64,000 nucleotides of DNA. It comes from Acidimicrobiia bacterium. GTDB lineage: Bacteria; Actinomycetota; Acidimicrobiia; Spongiisociales; ZC4RG35. The notes under the pieces were generated by a model. That model saw only the letters and a program-made list of their open reading frames with translations, was not told the origin of the DNA and made no database searches. Positions 28,688 to 37,569 of this stretch are shown here, piece by piece. Location: contig JBGTHP010000003.1 of NCBI GenBank assembly GCA_041746105.1, positions 78,163 through 142,162 of the forward strand. The letters are read 5' to 3'. Every line of letters starts with the position of its first letter. The first letter of the stretch is position 1. The position numbers and the translations under genes were made by a program.

Positions 28688-30154
28688 GTGTCGAAGCCCA
28701 GAACTCTCGTAACCGGGGCCACCGGATATATCGGCGGCCGCCTGGTGGCGCGATTGGTCGAGATGGGTCACCAGGTTCGATGTCTCACCCGCGACGCCTC
28801 CAAGCTCGAACTCGACCCCTGGCGTGAACTGGTCGAGGTTGTCGAAGGCGACGTACTACAACCGGAAACGCTGACTGCGGCTCTCGACGGCTGTGACTTC
28901 GCCTACTACCTGGTCCACTCGATGGGCCAGGCCGACGATTTCGGTGATACGGATCGGACCGCTGCGATGAATTTCCAGACGGCAGCGGATGTTTCAGGGC
29001 TCAAGCGCTTGATCTACCTGGGCGGGTTGGGCCGGGAACAGGATGGCGATCTGTCAAAACACCTCGAGTCCCGCCAGGAAGTAGGTCGTCTTCTGGCTGC
29101 GGGCACGACGCCAGTGACAGAGCTGCGTGCGGCAGTGATCATCGGCTCAGGGTCGGTCAGTTTCGAGATGCTCAGGTATTTGACCGAGGTACTGCCGGTG
29201 ATGACGACCCCGCGCTGGGTACGGACCCGATGCCAGCCGATCGCGATTCGCGATGTCCTGGAGATCCTCACGGCCGTGCTTGATGACGAAGGCGGAAGTC
29301 GAATTCGGGAGATCGGCGGTCCCGAGATCCTGACCTATGAACAGATGATGCAGATCTATGCAGAAGAGGCGGGCTTACGGCGGCGGCTGATCATCCCGGT
29401 ACCGGTGCTCAGCCCGGGTCTGTCGTCCCGGTGGGTCGGATTGGTCACACCACTTCCCAGCGGCGTAGCCCGACCTCTCGTCGACAGTCTTCGCAACGAG
29501 GTGATCGTGCACGACACATCAGCCATGGTTCTCTTCAAGCAACCACCAATTTCTTACCGTGAGGCGGTTCATCTGGCTCTGGAGAATACGCGAACTGGCA
29601 TGGTTGAAACCCGATGGAGCGATGCCGCAACCAGCCCTGCTCATCCGCTACCGAGCGACCCGGCCTGGGCGGGAGGAGCGAGATTCGAGGATCGCCAGGT
29701 GGTCGAGGTGGCTGCCGCGGCCGCCGATGTCTATATGGCCTTCGCTCGAATCGGTGGGGCCGTTGGTTACTACGCCTACGACTGGGCCTGGCGTCTTCGC
29801 GGCTTTTTGGACAGTCTGGTCGGCGGTGTCGGTCTGCGGCGGGGGAGGAGGCATCCGCAGGATCTGCGACCGGGAGAGGCGCTCGATTTCTGGCGGGTCA
29901 GGCGAGTTGAGCCAGGAAAAAGCCTGCTGCTCCAAGCCGAGATGAAGCTGCCCGGTGAGGCATGGCTGGAATGGAGGCTGGAGCCAAGTGGTGACAAAAC
30001 TCGCCTTGTGCAAACCGCGACCTTCGTGCCACGCGGTTTGCCTGGCCGGTTGTATTGGTATTCCTTGGCACCGTTTCACACCCTCATCTTCGGAACCATG
30101 GCGCGTCGCATCGCCGAACAGGGTGAAAGAACTGCCGCTGAATTGGTCGCCTAG
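28688..30154 (+). CDS. YbjT-like atypical SDR oxidoreductase with C-terminal DUF2867
   Basis: 'TGATGYIGG', 'YYLVHSM', 'HL.SR.EVG', 'DFWRV', 'AEMKLPG.AWL'. Confidence 0.92.
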   Translation: MSKPRTLVTGATGYIGGRLVARLVEMGHQVRCLTRDASKLELDPWRELVEVVEGDVLQPETLTAALDGCDFAYYLVHSMGQADDFGDTDRTAAMNFQTAADVSGLKRLIYLGGLGREQDGDLSKHLESRQEVGRLLAAGTTPVTELRAAVIIGSGSVSFEMLRYLTEVLPVMTTPRWVRTRCQPIAIRDVLEILTAVLDDEGGSRIREIGGPEILTYEQMMQIYAEEAGLRRRLIIPVPVLSPGLSSRWVGLVTPLPSGVARPLVDSLRNEVIVHDTSAMVLFKQPPISYREAVHLALENTRTGMVETRWSDAATSPAHPLPSDPAWAGGARFEDRQVVEVAAAAADVYMAFARIGGAVGYYAYDWAWRLRGFLDSLVGGVGLRRGRRHPQDLRPGEALDFWRVRRVEPGKSLLLQAEMKLPGEAWLEWRLEPSGDKTRLVQTATFVPRGLPGRLYWYSLAPFHTLIFGTMARRIAEQGERTAAELVA

Positions 30155-30305
30155 GTAACCGGGTTCATCGCAACCGGGTTCACCGATCCGTTCGCGTCAA
30201 CCAGACCCTATGGTTCGTCCACTCCGCACCGCACAACGAACGCCGTATACCGAAACTGCCCACTTTTATGTCGGCGGCAATCGGTACGCTTGCTAGGCCC
30301 GCATT

Positions 30306-30330
30306 GGAACTGCCAGGTTCCGAGTCCGTT
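30306..30330 (+). promoter_or_regulatory. ECF sigma (SigH/SigE/SigR-type) promoter GGAAC-N16-CGTT
   Basis: Matches the actinobacterial ECF consensus about 70 nt upstream of drrA. Confidence 0.6.
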
Positions 30331-30398
30331 CCAAACATGCAATAGAACCTGCGTCCAGAAACTTGTATTCAAAGCCAATCAAAAAGGGAGACGAGCTG

Positions 30399-31385
30399 TT
30401 GGGGAATATCATCGAAGCGACCGGTTTGGTCAAGCGTTACAAAGACGTGACCGCGTTGGCCGGCCTGGATCTCGCGGTTGAGGAGGGGACCGTTCTCGGG
30501 TTGCTCGGGCCGAACGGTGCCGGAAAAACGACAGCGGTGTCGATCCTTGCGACCTTGCTGGAACCGGACGAAGGCCAGGCAGTCATTGCCGGCATAGACC
30601 TCAAAACCGATCCCAAGGGGGTTCGGCGCAAGATAGGTCTGTCGGGCCAGTTCGCGGCAGTCGACGAATATCTGACAGGTTTTGAGAACCTCGACATGAT
30701 CGGTCGCCTCTATCACCTGGGGCGGGGTCCGGCGAGGGTTCGTGCGCGAGAGTTGCTCGACCGGTTTGACCTGACCGATGCCGCCGACCGCCCGGTCAAG
30801 ACCTACTCGGGAGGCATGCGGAGGCGTCTCGACCTGGCCGGCGCCCTGATCGCCGAGCCTCCGGTCCTTTTCATGGACGAACCGACGTCCGGTCTCGACC
30901 CTCGCAGCCGAACCGACCTGTGGACCGTGATCAGAGAACTCGTCGGGAGGGGGACGACCCTGCTGCTGACAACCCAGTATCTGGAGGAGGCCGACCAACT
31001 CGCCGACGACATAGTGGTCATCGACCACGGGCGCGAGATCGCCCATGGAACGGCCGACCAACTCAAGACCCAGGTCGGTGGGGAGCGGATCGAAGTCACC
31101 GTTGCCGATGCCGCCGATGTGCCCCGCGCCCACGAGGTTCTACGGAAGTTTGCGGTCGGTGAGATCCAAACGGATCAGCGAAGCCGTCTGCTGACGGCGC
31201 CGATCAGCGGAGGTGCTCCAGTCCTGACCCAGGCGCTGCGCGAACTCGACTCGGCCGGAGTCGGCATCGGCGATGTCGGGCTGAGGCGGCCCACACTCGA
31301 CGATGTCTTCCTTACGCTCACCGGCCACGTGGCCGAACCCGGGTCTGAGAATGGCGGCACCGACAAGGAAAAGGTGAAGAAATGA
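30399..31385 (+). CDS. drrA: DrrA-family ABC transporter ATP-binding protein
   Basis: GPNGAGKTT, 'YSGGMRRRLDLA', 'LLTTQYLEEADQLAD', 'RRPTLDDVFL.LTG'. Confidence 0.92.
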   Translation: MGNIIEATGLVKRYKDVTALAGLDLAVEEGTVLGLLGPNGAGKTTAVSILATLLEPDEGQAVIAGIDLKTDPKGVRRKIGLSGQFAAVDEYLTGFENLDMIGRLYHLGRGPARVRARELLDRFDLTDAADRPVKTYSGGMRRRLDLAGALIAEPPVLFMDEPTSGLDPRSRTDLWTVIRELVGRGTTLLLTTQYLEEADQLADDIVVIDHGREIAHGTADQLKTQVGGERIEVTVADAADVPRAHEVLRKFAVGEIQTDQRSRLLTAPISGGAPVLTQALRELDSAGVGIGDVGLRRPTLDDVFLTLTGHVAEPGSENGGTDKEKVKK

Positions 31386-32188
31386 ATCCGCTGTTCTACG
31401 CGCTGTCAGACGGGGCTGTTGTCGCAAAACGAAACCTCATCAAGATCAAGCGGGTTCCAGAGATCCTGGTGTTTGTCCTGCTGTCTCCGATCATGTTCGT
31501 GTTGTTGTTCTCATATGTGTTCGGCAGTTCGATCGATGTTGGTGGCGGAGGGTCCTACCGTGAGTTCCTGATTGCAGGGATCCTGGCGCAGACCGTGATC
31601 TTCGGCGCCACGTTCACCGGCGCCGGTCTGGCAGAGGACATGCAGAAGGGGATCATCGACCGGTTTCGATCGTTGCCGATGTCCCGCTCGGCGGTCCTGG
31701 TCGGGCGGACCACCAGCGACATCGTGTACAACCTTGCGTCGATTGCCATCATGTCCCTCACCGGTCTGGTGGTGGGGTGGCGGATTCGAACCTCGTTTTT
31801 GGATGCCATCGCCGGGTTTGCGCTCTTGTTGGTGTTTGCCTACTCCTTCTCGTGGGTGATGGCGTACATCGGCCTGCTGGTGCCAAGCGTCGAGGTGATC
31901 AACAACGCGTCGTTCATGGTGATTTTCCCGTTGACGTTCGTGGCCAACACCTTCGTTCCTGCCGAGAACTTGCCCTCGGTGTTGAGGACGTTTGCCGAAT
32001 GGAACCCTGTTTCCTCGGTGACGCAGGCTGCCAGAGAGTTGTTCGGCAACATCCCGCCCGGCGTTCCAGAGCCCTCCGCCTGGCCGCTGCGCAATCCCGA
32101 GATCTATACGTTGATCTGGGCTGCGATCATCATCTCGATTTTTGCCCCGCTGTCGGTGTGGCAGTACAAGCGGGCGGCCAAGCGATAG
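31382..32188 (+). CDS. drrB: DrrB-family ABC-2 permease
   Basis: 'PIMFVLLFSYVFG', 'GIIDRFRSLPMSRSAVLVGR', 'AEWNPVS'. Confidence 0.92.
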   Translation: MNPLFYALSDGAVVAKRNLIKIKRVPEILVFVLLSPIMFVLLFSYVFGSSIDVGGGGSYREFLIAGILAQTVIFGATFTGAGLAEDMQKGIIDRFRSLPMSRSAVLVGRTTSDIVYNLASIAIMSLTGLVVGWRIRTSFLDAIAGFALLLVFAYSFSWVMAYIGLLVPSVEVINNASFMVIFPLTFVANTFVPAENLPSVLRTFAEWNPVSSVTQAARELFGNIPPGVPEPSAWPLRNPEIYTLIWAAIIISIFAPLSVWQYKRAAKR

Positions 32189-32293
32189 TCGTTCAGTCGC
32201 CAAGAGTGGATCCAGGCGGCGCCGAAACAAACCATTAAGTCGAACACGGGTAGCTAGCTCTTGTCGCCTGTGATGTCCTACCTTGGACCTCGC

Positions 32294-33721
32294 ATGCGTG
32301 GAAAGCTGTCAGGTGGGTTTCGTTTTTGGTCGGTTCTCATCTCCGGGGCCGTTCTGATGTCGGCGTGTTCGGCCACACCGGTCGGGGATGCCGCTGCGGT
32401 GGATTCAAGCGACTCGGGTCGGCTGGTGGGCGCCCGTGGCTATGAGTTTCCACCGGCGCCTGCGGTGCCGTCGGGTTCACTCGACGCACAAACCTCAGCG
32501 GCGGTCGACCGACTGGTCGAGAGCGCCCAGTCCGGTCTCGATTTCGGGCTGCTGGAGGAAGTTGCTGCATCAGGAGATGCTCGCCTCGCCTGGGTGGTCG
32601 CCGACCTGATGCGGTTTCTTCAAGGAGGAGAGGGCGGGGATCGGTTGGTTGTGGCGTTCGAGGCACTTACCGGTGTATCGCTGGCCGCGGATCCGACCAG
32701 CTTCGAAAGCCCGTGGAGGTCTGTCACGGACCACCTGATTGCGTGGGATCTACCAGCGCCGCCCGGCTACCAGGAGATGAAAGCCGAATTGTTCTTGCTG
32801 GTGGAGCCTGGTTGGGCTCCGTTTTTTGCTGACGTCGACTCCGAAATCGACTGGCGGTTGGTGAGCTGGGGTGGTGTCCTCATCGACGACCGGACCCTCG
32901 GCGATCCCAATCCCTGTGAGCGCGGGTGCATCCCGGCGCTCGATGACCCGCCCTTGACGGGGGCCGCCGAAGGCGACTGGTACCCCGATGATGCCATCGT
33001 TTTTGGTTTGGTGGTCGGGGATGAGGCCGTCGCCCTTCCCCAGAACATGATGGAGGTCCACGAGATGGTCAACATCAGTCTGGGCGGCCGCCGGATCGGG
33101 ATCCCCTATTGCACCCTTTGTGGCTCCGCCCAGGCCTACTTCCTCGATTCGATCTCGGGATGGCAAGAGCAGGTGGTGTTGAGGACGAGCGGGTTGTTGG
33201 CAAGGTCGAACAAGGTGATGTATGACCTCACCACCAAGTCGGTTTTGGACACGTTCACCGGAGTGGCACTGTCGGGGCCGCTCAGAGAAGCGGGTGTGCG
33301 TCTCGAACAGACGACCGTGGTCGGAAGTTCTTGGGGCGATTGGAAGAAGGAGCATCCCGCTACTCAGATCATTGCCCAGTCCGGGGGGTTGGGTCGGTCC
33401 TACGAGGATGATCCCCTTGGCGGCCGGGACGACAACGGCCCGATCTTTCCCGTCGGTGACGTCGATCTGCGTCTCGATGCCCAGGCACGAGTGGTGGGGG
33501 TGATCGACGTTGCAGGTGAAGCCGTCGCATTCCCGCTCGCTGCGGCCCTCGAAGCCGACGCGGCCGGGTCCGAAGTCGTGCTCGGTTCCGTCACTCTGGT
33601 CCGGGACGGGGGAGGGTTCAGGGCGATAGGTGATGACGGGGCTGAACTGGCCGCCCACCAGGCATTCTGGTTCGCATGGAGCCAATTCCATCCAGCGACC
33701 AAGCTCTGGTCAGGGCCGTAA
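32294..33721 (+). CDS. DUF3179 domain lipoprotein
   Basis: Lipobox 'LMSAC'; 'IPALDDP', 'HEMVN', 'YCTLCGS', 'TSGLL..SN.VMYD', 'FWFAW..FHP.T'. Confidence 0.88.
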   Translation: MRGKLSGGFRFWSVLISGAVLMSACSATPVGDAAAVDSSDSGRLVGARGYEFPPAPAVPSGSLDAQTSAAVDRLVESAQSGLDFGLLEEVAASGDARLAWVVADLMRFLQGGEGGDRLVVAFEALTGVSLAADPTSFESPWRSVTDHLIAWDLPAPPGYQEMKAELFLLVEPGWAPFFADVDSEIDWRLVSWGGVLIDDRTLGDPNPCERGCIPALDDPPLTGAAEGDWYPDDAIVFGLVVGDEAVALPQNMMEVHEMVNISLGGRRIGIPYCTLCGSAQAYFLDSISGWQEQVVLRTSGLLARSNKVMYDLTTKSVLDTFTGVALSGPLREAGVRLEQTTVVGSSWGDWKKEHPATQIIAQSGGLGRSYEDDPLGGRDDNGPIFPVGDVDLRLDAQARVVGVIDVAGEAVAFPLAAALEADAAGSEVVLGSVTLVRDGGGFRAIGDDGAELAAHQAFWFAWSQFHPATKLWSGP

Positions 33722-33726
33722 CCGCC

Positions 33727-34110
33727 TCAGGAGGCCGGCAGCGGATTCTTGATTCGTCCGTACGCGAGGTATCCGAGAACAGCGGCCAACACGATGTTTT
33801 GGGCGATCTGCTGTCCCTCGCCGCGACTCGCGTGCCAAGTGACGGCGCCGATCATCACCGCAATCAGTCCCAACGCCGCCAGCACGGTGAGCCGGGGTTG
33901 AATCTTGGTCAGCCCCGGAAGGATGAGGCCCAAACCACCGAGAATCTCTGCGGTTCCGCTCACCATGTGCAGCGTGTCGCTCAGGTCATACATCCAGCTC
34001 ATCGGCCCGGGCAATCCTTCAGGAACTATGAAATGGGTGATTCCGACCAACACGAAATAGATCCCAAACACCCACTGCAATATCCATAGAGTGCGATTGC
34101 GTTTTTCCAC
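33727..34110 (-). CDS. DoxX-like family membrane protein
   Basis: 'LWILQ', 'G.AEILGGLGLILP', 'LAALGL..VMIGA..WH'. Confidence 0.88.
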   Translation of the reverse strand: MEKRNRTLWILQWVFGIYFVLVGITHFIVPEGLPGPMSWMYDLSDTLHMVSGTAEILGGLGLILPGLTKIQPRLTVLAALGLIAVMIGAVTWHASRGEGQQIAQNIVLAAVLGYLAYGRIKNPLPAS

Positions 34111-34157
34111 TTTTCGGTGTTCCTTTCGCCCTTTCTCCTAACCCGGACCATACGGGA

Positions 34158-34934
34158 TCATTCGTCGTCCTGCTGAAGGCGCGCGGTTGGGGGTCGGACT
34201 CTAAAGTGGCCGGGATCAAATCCGCGAGGCAATTCGAGCCGATGTGCCCGCATCAGCCGATCGTCGGAAAGCAGGTCAGCGGTGGGTCCATCGGCGACGA
34301 TGCGGCCGCCATTCATCACCACCGAACGTTCACAAAGTTCGGCTGCGTACGGAAGATCATGGGTGACGAGCAACAGGGTTGTTTCCAATGATTGCAACAC
34401 ATCTGCCAGCTCGCGCCGGCCGGCCGGATCGAGATTGGAGGAAGGCTCGTCGAGGACCAGGATCTCCGGTCTACATGCCAGAACCGTGGCCAGCGCCACC
34501 CGACGGCGTTCTCCACCAGAGAGATGATGGGGCGCTCGATCACCGGCTCCTTGCATGCCGACGTCGATCAACGCCTGGCTGACCCGTTCTTCGAGCTGGG
34601 CCCCACTAGCTCCGAAATTGGCGGGACCGAACGCGACGTCTTCGTACACGGTTGGCATGAACAACTGATCGTCTGGATCCTGGAATACCAGGCCAACTCG
34701 GCGGCGAACCTCGAGCAGGGTTTCGTCGGCCAATTCCAACCCGGCCACCGACACCGACCCGGCGTGACCGGTGAGGATCCCGATCAGGTGCAGCAGGAGG
34801 GTGGTCTTTCCCGCCCCGTTGGGGCCGAGCAGAGCCACCCTCTCACCCCGACCGATGACAAGATCGACGCCGGTGAGAACCGAAGTTCCATCGGGGTAAC
34901 TGAACTCGAGGCCCTTCACCTCGAGCGCGGTCAC
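34158..34934 (-). CDS. nikO: ECF transporter ATPase NikO/CbiO
   Basis: GPNGAGKTT, 'VFQDPDDQLFMPTV.EDVAFGP', 'LSGGERRR'. Confidence 0.92.
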   Translation of the reverse strand: MTALEVKGLEFSYPDGTSVLTGVDLVIGRGERVALLGPNGAGKTTLLLHLIGILTGHAGSVSVAGLELADETLLEVRRRVGLVFQDPDDQLFMPTVYEDVAFGPANFGASGAQLEERVSQALIDVGMQGAGDRAPHHLSGGERRRVALATVLACRPEILVLDEPSSNLDPAGRRELADVLQSLETTLLLVTHDLPYAAELCERSVVMNGGRIVADGPTADLLSDDRLMRAHRLELPRGFDPGHFRVRPPTARLQQDDE

Positions 34935-35692
34935 GAGAGAACCGCCGCAATAGTGATGATCCAGGCGGCAATGGGCACCGAGAGGCCGAGAAGCCAAACG
35001 CCGCCAGAACTCGACTCTGGTTGAAGTAACGGCATCGTTCCGTTAAAACCCCTTGCCAGCATGGCCTGATGGACCCGCTCTCCACGCTCGTATGAGCGGA
35101 TGAACATGGCGCCACCGGCAATGGCGAGGGCCTTGGTCTGTCCCAACCGGCTTGGCGCATACCCGCGGGCGGCCATGGCAGTTCGCAGACGGCGCATCTC
35201 GCCTGCGATCAAATCCAGGTATCTGACCATGAAACCTGCAATCGCGACCATTACCCTGGGTACCCCCAATTGTCCCAGTCCTCGGAGCAGGTGGGGGATT
35301 TCGGTCGTGCTCACCAGCATGACCGATGCCAGAACCCCGAGCGTGCCCTTGACGATGATGTTCGACGCCGCCCAGAGTCCATCCTGCGAAAGCGACAACC
35401 CCGCCACATCGACATCGGGGCCGCCCCCGAGAAACGGGAGGAACACTGCAAACAGGACGAACGGAATCTCGATTCCGACTCGCTTGACCACGTGGAGTAA
35501 CGGGAGTTCTGCGGTTACGAGGACCACTGCGAGAAGCAATGCGTGGACCGCAAATGCCCAAAGCTGCTCGCGCGGGGTGGCCACGACCGCAACCAAGAAG
35601 ACCAGTAGTCCTGCCAGTTTGACCCTGGCAGGAAGTTCGTGCACCGGGCTGTGTCCATGGACGACGAGGGTGTGAACGTGAGGTTGGCTCAT
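34931..35692 (-). CDS. nikQ: ECF transporter T component NikQ/CbiQ
   Basis: 'SPVH.LP...KL', two ARG motifs 'AMAARG' and 'RS.ERGERV..AMLARG'. Confidence 0.92.
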   Translation of the reverse strand: MSQPHVHTLVVHGHSPVHELPARVKLAGLLVFLVAVVATPREQLWAFAVHALLLAVVLVTAELPLLHVVKRVGIEIPFVLFAVFLPFLGGGPDVDVAGLSLSQDGLWAASNIIVKGTLGVLASVMLVSTTEIPHLLRGLGQLGVPRVMVAIAGFMVRYLDLIAGEMRRLRTAMAARGYAPSRLGQTKALAIAGGAMFIRSYERGERVHQAMLARGFNGTMPLLQPESSSGGVWLLGLSVPIAAWIITIAAVLS

Positions 35693-36684
35693 TGCTGCGG
35701 TGCCGGGTGAGCGGGTCTTCGCTTGCGCCTGGCGGCCGAGACCAATATCAAGCCCAAGGCGAACGTCACGACCAACCCGACCATCCCTGAAATTATCGTG
35801 CCCATCGTTTCGTCGCTCACTCCGGCGAGGCCGTAGTCGGATAGCGGACCACCAATCGGATTGGCCTTGGCCGCGTCCAAGATGCCGGTGTCGGCTGCCA
35901 CTCGCTCCAATCCGTCGGGAGCCGAACTCGCCAAAGGTGCAACCAGCACGACGAGGGTGGTTGCGGCGAGGATCCCGGCGGCGACGAAGCCCGAAATCGC
36001 CCGGCGGCTTGGACCGTGTTGCATTTCTCGTCGGAGGTCGTAGCTGGCGGTGGCGGTCACCAAGTCGGGGCGGACCGCCAGAACTGCCCCAACCACCGTG
36101 GCGGTGATGAGACCCTCTCCGATTCCGATCAGGCCGTGTACGCCGATCATGGCCGTGAATACAACTCCGAGATCAACGCCTCCTTGGCCTCCCAGTCCGT
36201 ACTCAAAGACGAACCCGAGCGAGGACATGACGACCGAGGCCCATGCCGCAATCATGGTTGCGACCATGACCGAGGCGTTGTGTTTTGGCAAAAAGCGCAT
36301 CAGTGATCTGAACACGAACCAACCGCTGAGCGCCGTGATCAGCGCCATGTTGAAGACGTTGAGGCCAATCGCAGACAGCCCGCCGTCGGCGAATAAGAGT
36401 GCTTGCACAAACACAACTACAGACAAGACCGTGATTCCGAGAGCACGGCCCAAGAGCAGTGCGGCCAGCGCTCCACCGAGAAGGTGACCCGATGTCCCGG
36501 CCGCGACTGGAAAGTTGAGCATCTGCAGGGCAAAGATGAATGCAGCTGTCAGCCCCGCCAGGGGGATCTGACGGTCCTTCATGGTACGTGCCCCGGTTTT
36601 GAGGGCGGCACCCACACCACCGGCCGCGACAACGACGGCACCGGCGGATGTGGCGCCGTTGATGAATCCGTCGGGGATGTGCAC
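35689..36684 (-). CDS. nikMN: ECF nickel S component fused to PDGLE domain (NikMN)
   Basis: GTG start gives 'MHIPDG' (NikM-type rather than CbiM MHIMEG); 'GTSGHLLGG'; 'ASSAPDGLERVA'. Confidence 0.9.
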   Translation of the reverse strand: MHIPDGFINGATSAGAVVVAAGGVGAALKTGARTMKDRQIPLAGLTAAFIFALQMLNFPVAAGTSGHLLGGALAALLLGRALGITVLSVVVFVQALLFADGGLSAIGLNVFNMALITALSGWFVFRSLMRFLPKHNASVMVATMIAAWASVVMSSLGFVFEYGLGGQGGVDLGVVFTAMIGVHGLIGIGEGLITATVVGAVLAVRPDLVTATASYDLRREMQHGPSRRAISGFVAAGILAATTLVVLVAPLASSAPDGLERVAADTGILDAAKANPIGGPLSDYGLAGVSDETMGTIISGMVGLVVTFALGLILVSAARRKRRPAHPAPQQ

Positions 36685-36694
36685 TAGCCCTCCT

Positions 36695-36718
36695 AGTTGC
36701 AAGCTGTTCGCAACTGTA
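36695..36718 (-). promoter_or_regulatory. Nur-like box TTGCAA-N5-TCGCAA overlapping -10 TACAGT
   Basis: One mismatch to the Streptomyces Nur box TTGCAA-N5-TTGCAA; lies between the -10 and RBS of nikMN. Confidence 0.7.
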
Positions 36719-36855
36719 ATCTGGTGTCCGCTTATCGGAAATGGAGACATCGCGGATCTCCTACAGGTGTGTTCGGCGCAAGAGAAGATTTGGATGGCGT
36801 TTTGGTGCAGTTCCCCCGGCCGACACCCGCCTCGGTATCGTTGGGGTGGGTGACA

Positions 36856-37410
36856 ATGAGCAATTCTGTTCCACGCCGCCTTGCCGACGGGCTGACACTG
36901 GCTCGGTTTCCGATCGCGATGACAGTGTTCGTGATGTTCGAGCGGCAGAACCTCGCATGGGCAGGATTGTTCCTCGTCCTGGGATGGTTCACCGATTTCT
37001 GGGACGGGCGGTTGGCCAGATTCGCACCCGGCAGCACACGACTCGGGCCCTTCGACGTGGTGGCAGATGTCGTCCTGGCTTCAGGTGTTGGTCTTGGCCT
37101 GGTTGAGTCGTTGGGGTCCTCTCTGGCCGTGACCATTGTTGCGAGCGGGGTGTTGGCGGCAGCGCTCCACGGGAACCACTCGCCCGCGATGCTCTTCATC
37201 TCGGGTGCTTATGGGGCTGGGATCTGGGTGATCCTTGCAGGCGGCGTGTGGTCTGGGTCGATCGTGATTGGCGGGCTGATCGCGATATTCGTCCTGGACT
37301 TCGATCGCCTGGTCCGCGAGCTCATCCCGGCATTTTTCTTCGGGTTGGGTCTAGGGCGCGGACGTGGTCATGACCAACGGCCCCATCGGGTCGCCGGAGG
37401 CAACAAATAG
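36856..37410 (+). CDS. CDP-alcohol phosphatidyltransferase family protein
   Basis: 'TDFWDGRLAR......LGPFDVVAD' signature. Confidence 0.85.
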   Translation: MSNSVPRRLADGLTLARFPIAMTVFVMFERQNLAWAGLFLVLGWFTDFWDGRLARFAPGSTRLGPFDVVADVVLASGVGLGLVESLGSSLAVTIVASGVLAAALHGNHSPAMLFISGAYGAGIWVILAGGVWSGSIVIGGLIAIFVLDFDRLVRELIPAFFFGLGLGRGRGHDQRPHRVAGGNK

Positions 37411-37413
37411 GCG

Positions 37414-37459
37414 TTTTAGCGCGTTCAGCGGAGCCCTGGGCCCCGCTGAACTCATAAAA
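37414..37459. terminator. Stem-loop GTTCAGCGG/CCGCTGAAC with outer TTTTA/TAAAA arms
   Basis: Inverted repeat immediately after the 37410 stop. Confidence 0.45.
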
Positions 37460-37569
37460 GCGGTATCAGGGGGGTTCCAATGTGATCTGGTTTGGGGCCT
37501 ACCCGGAAACACCCGGGAAAGTGCGGCCGGATGACGGCCGGACCATCGAGCATCCAGAAGGGGGATCTC

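Noticed and set aside
36685-36855. Cobalamin riboswitch upstream of the cbiM-like gene
   Set aside because: No B12-box motifs; the -10 is only about 30 nt from the start, and a Nur-like box explains the region
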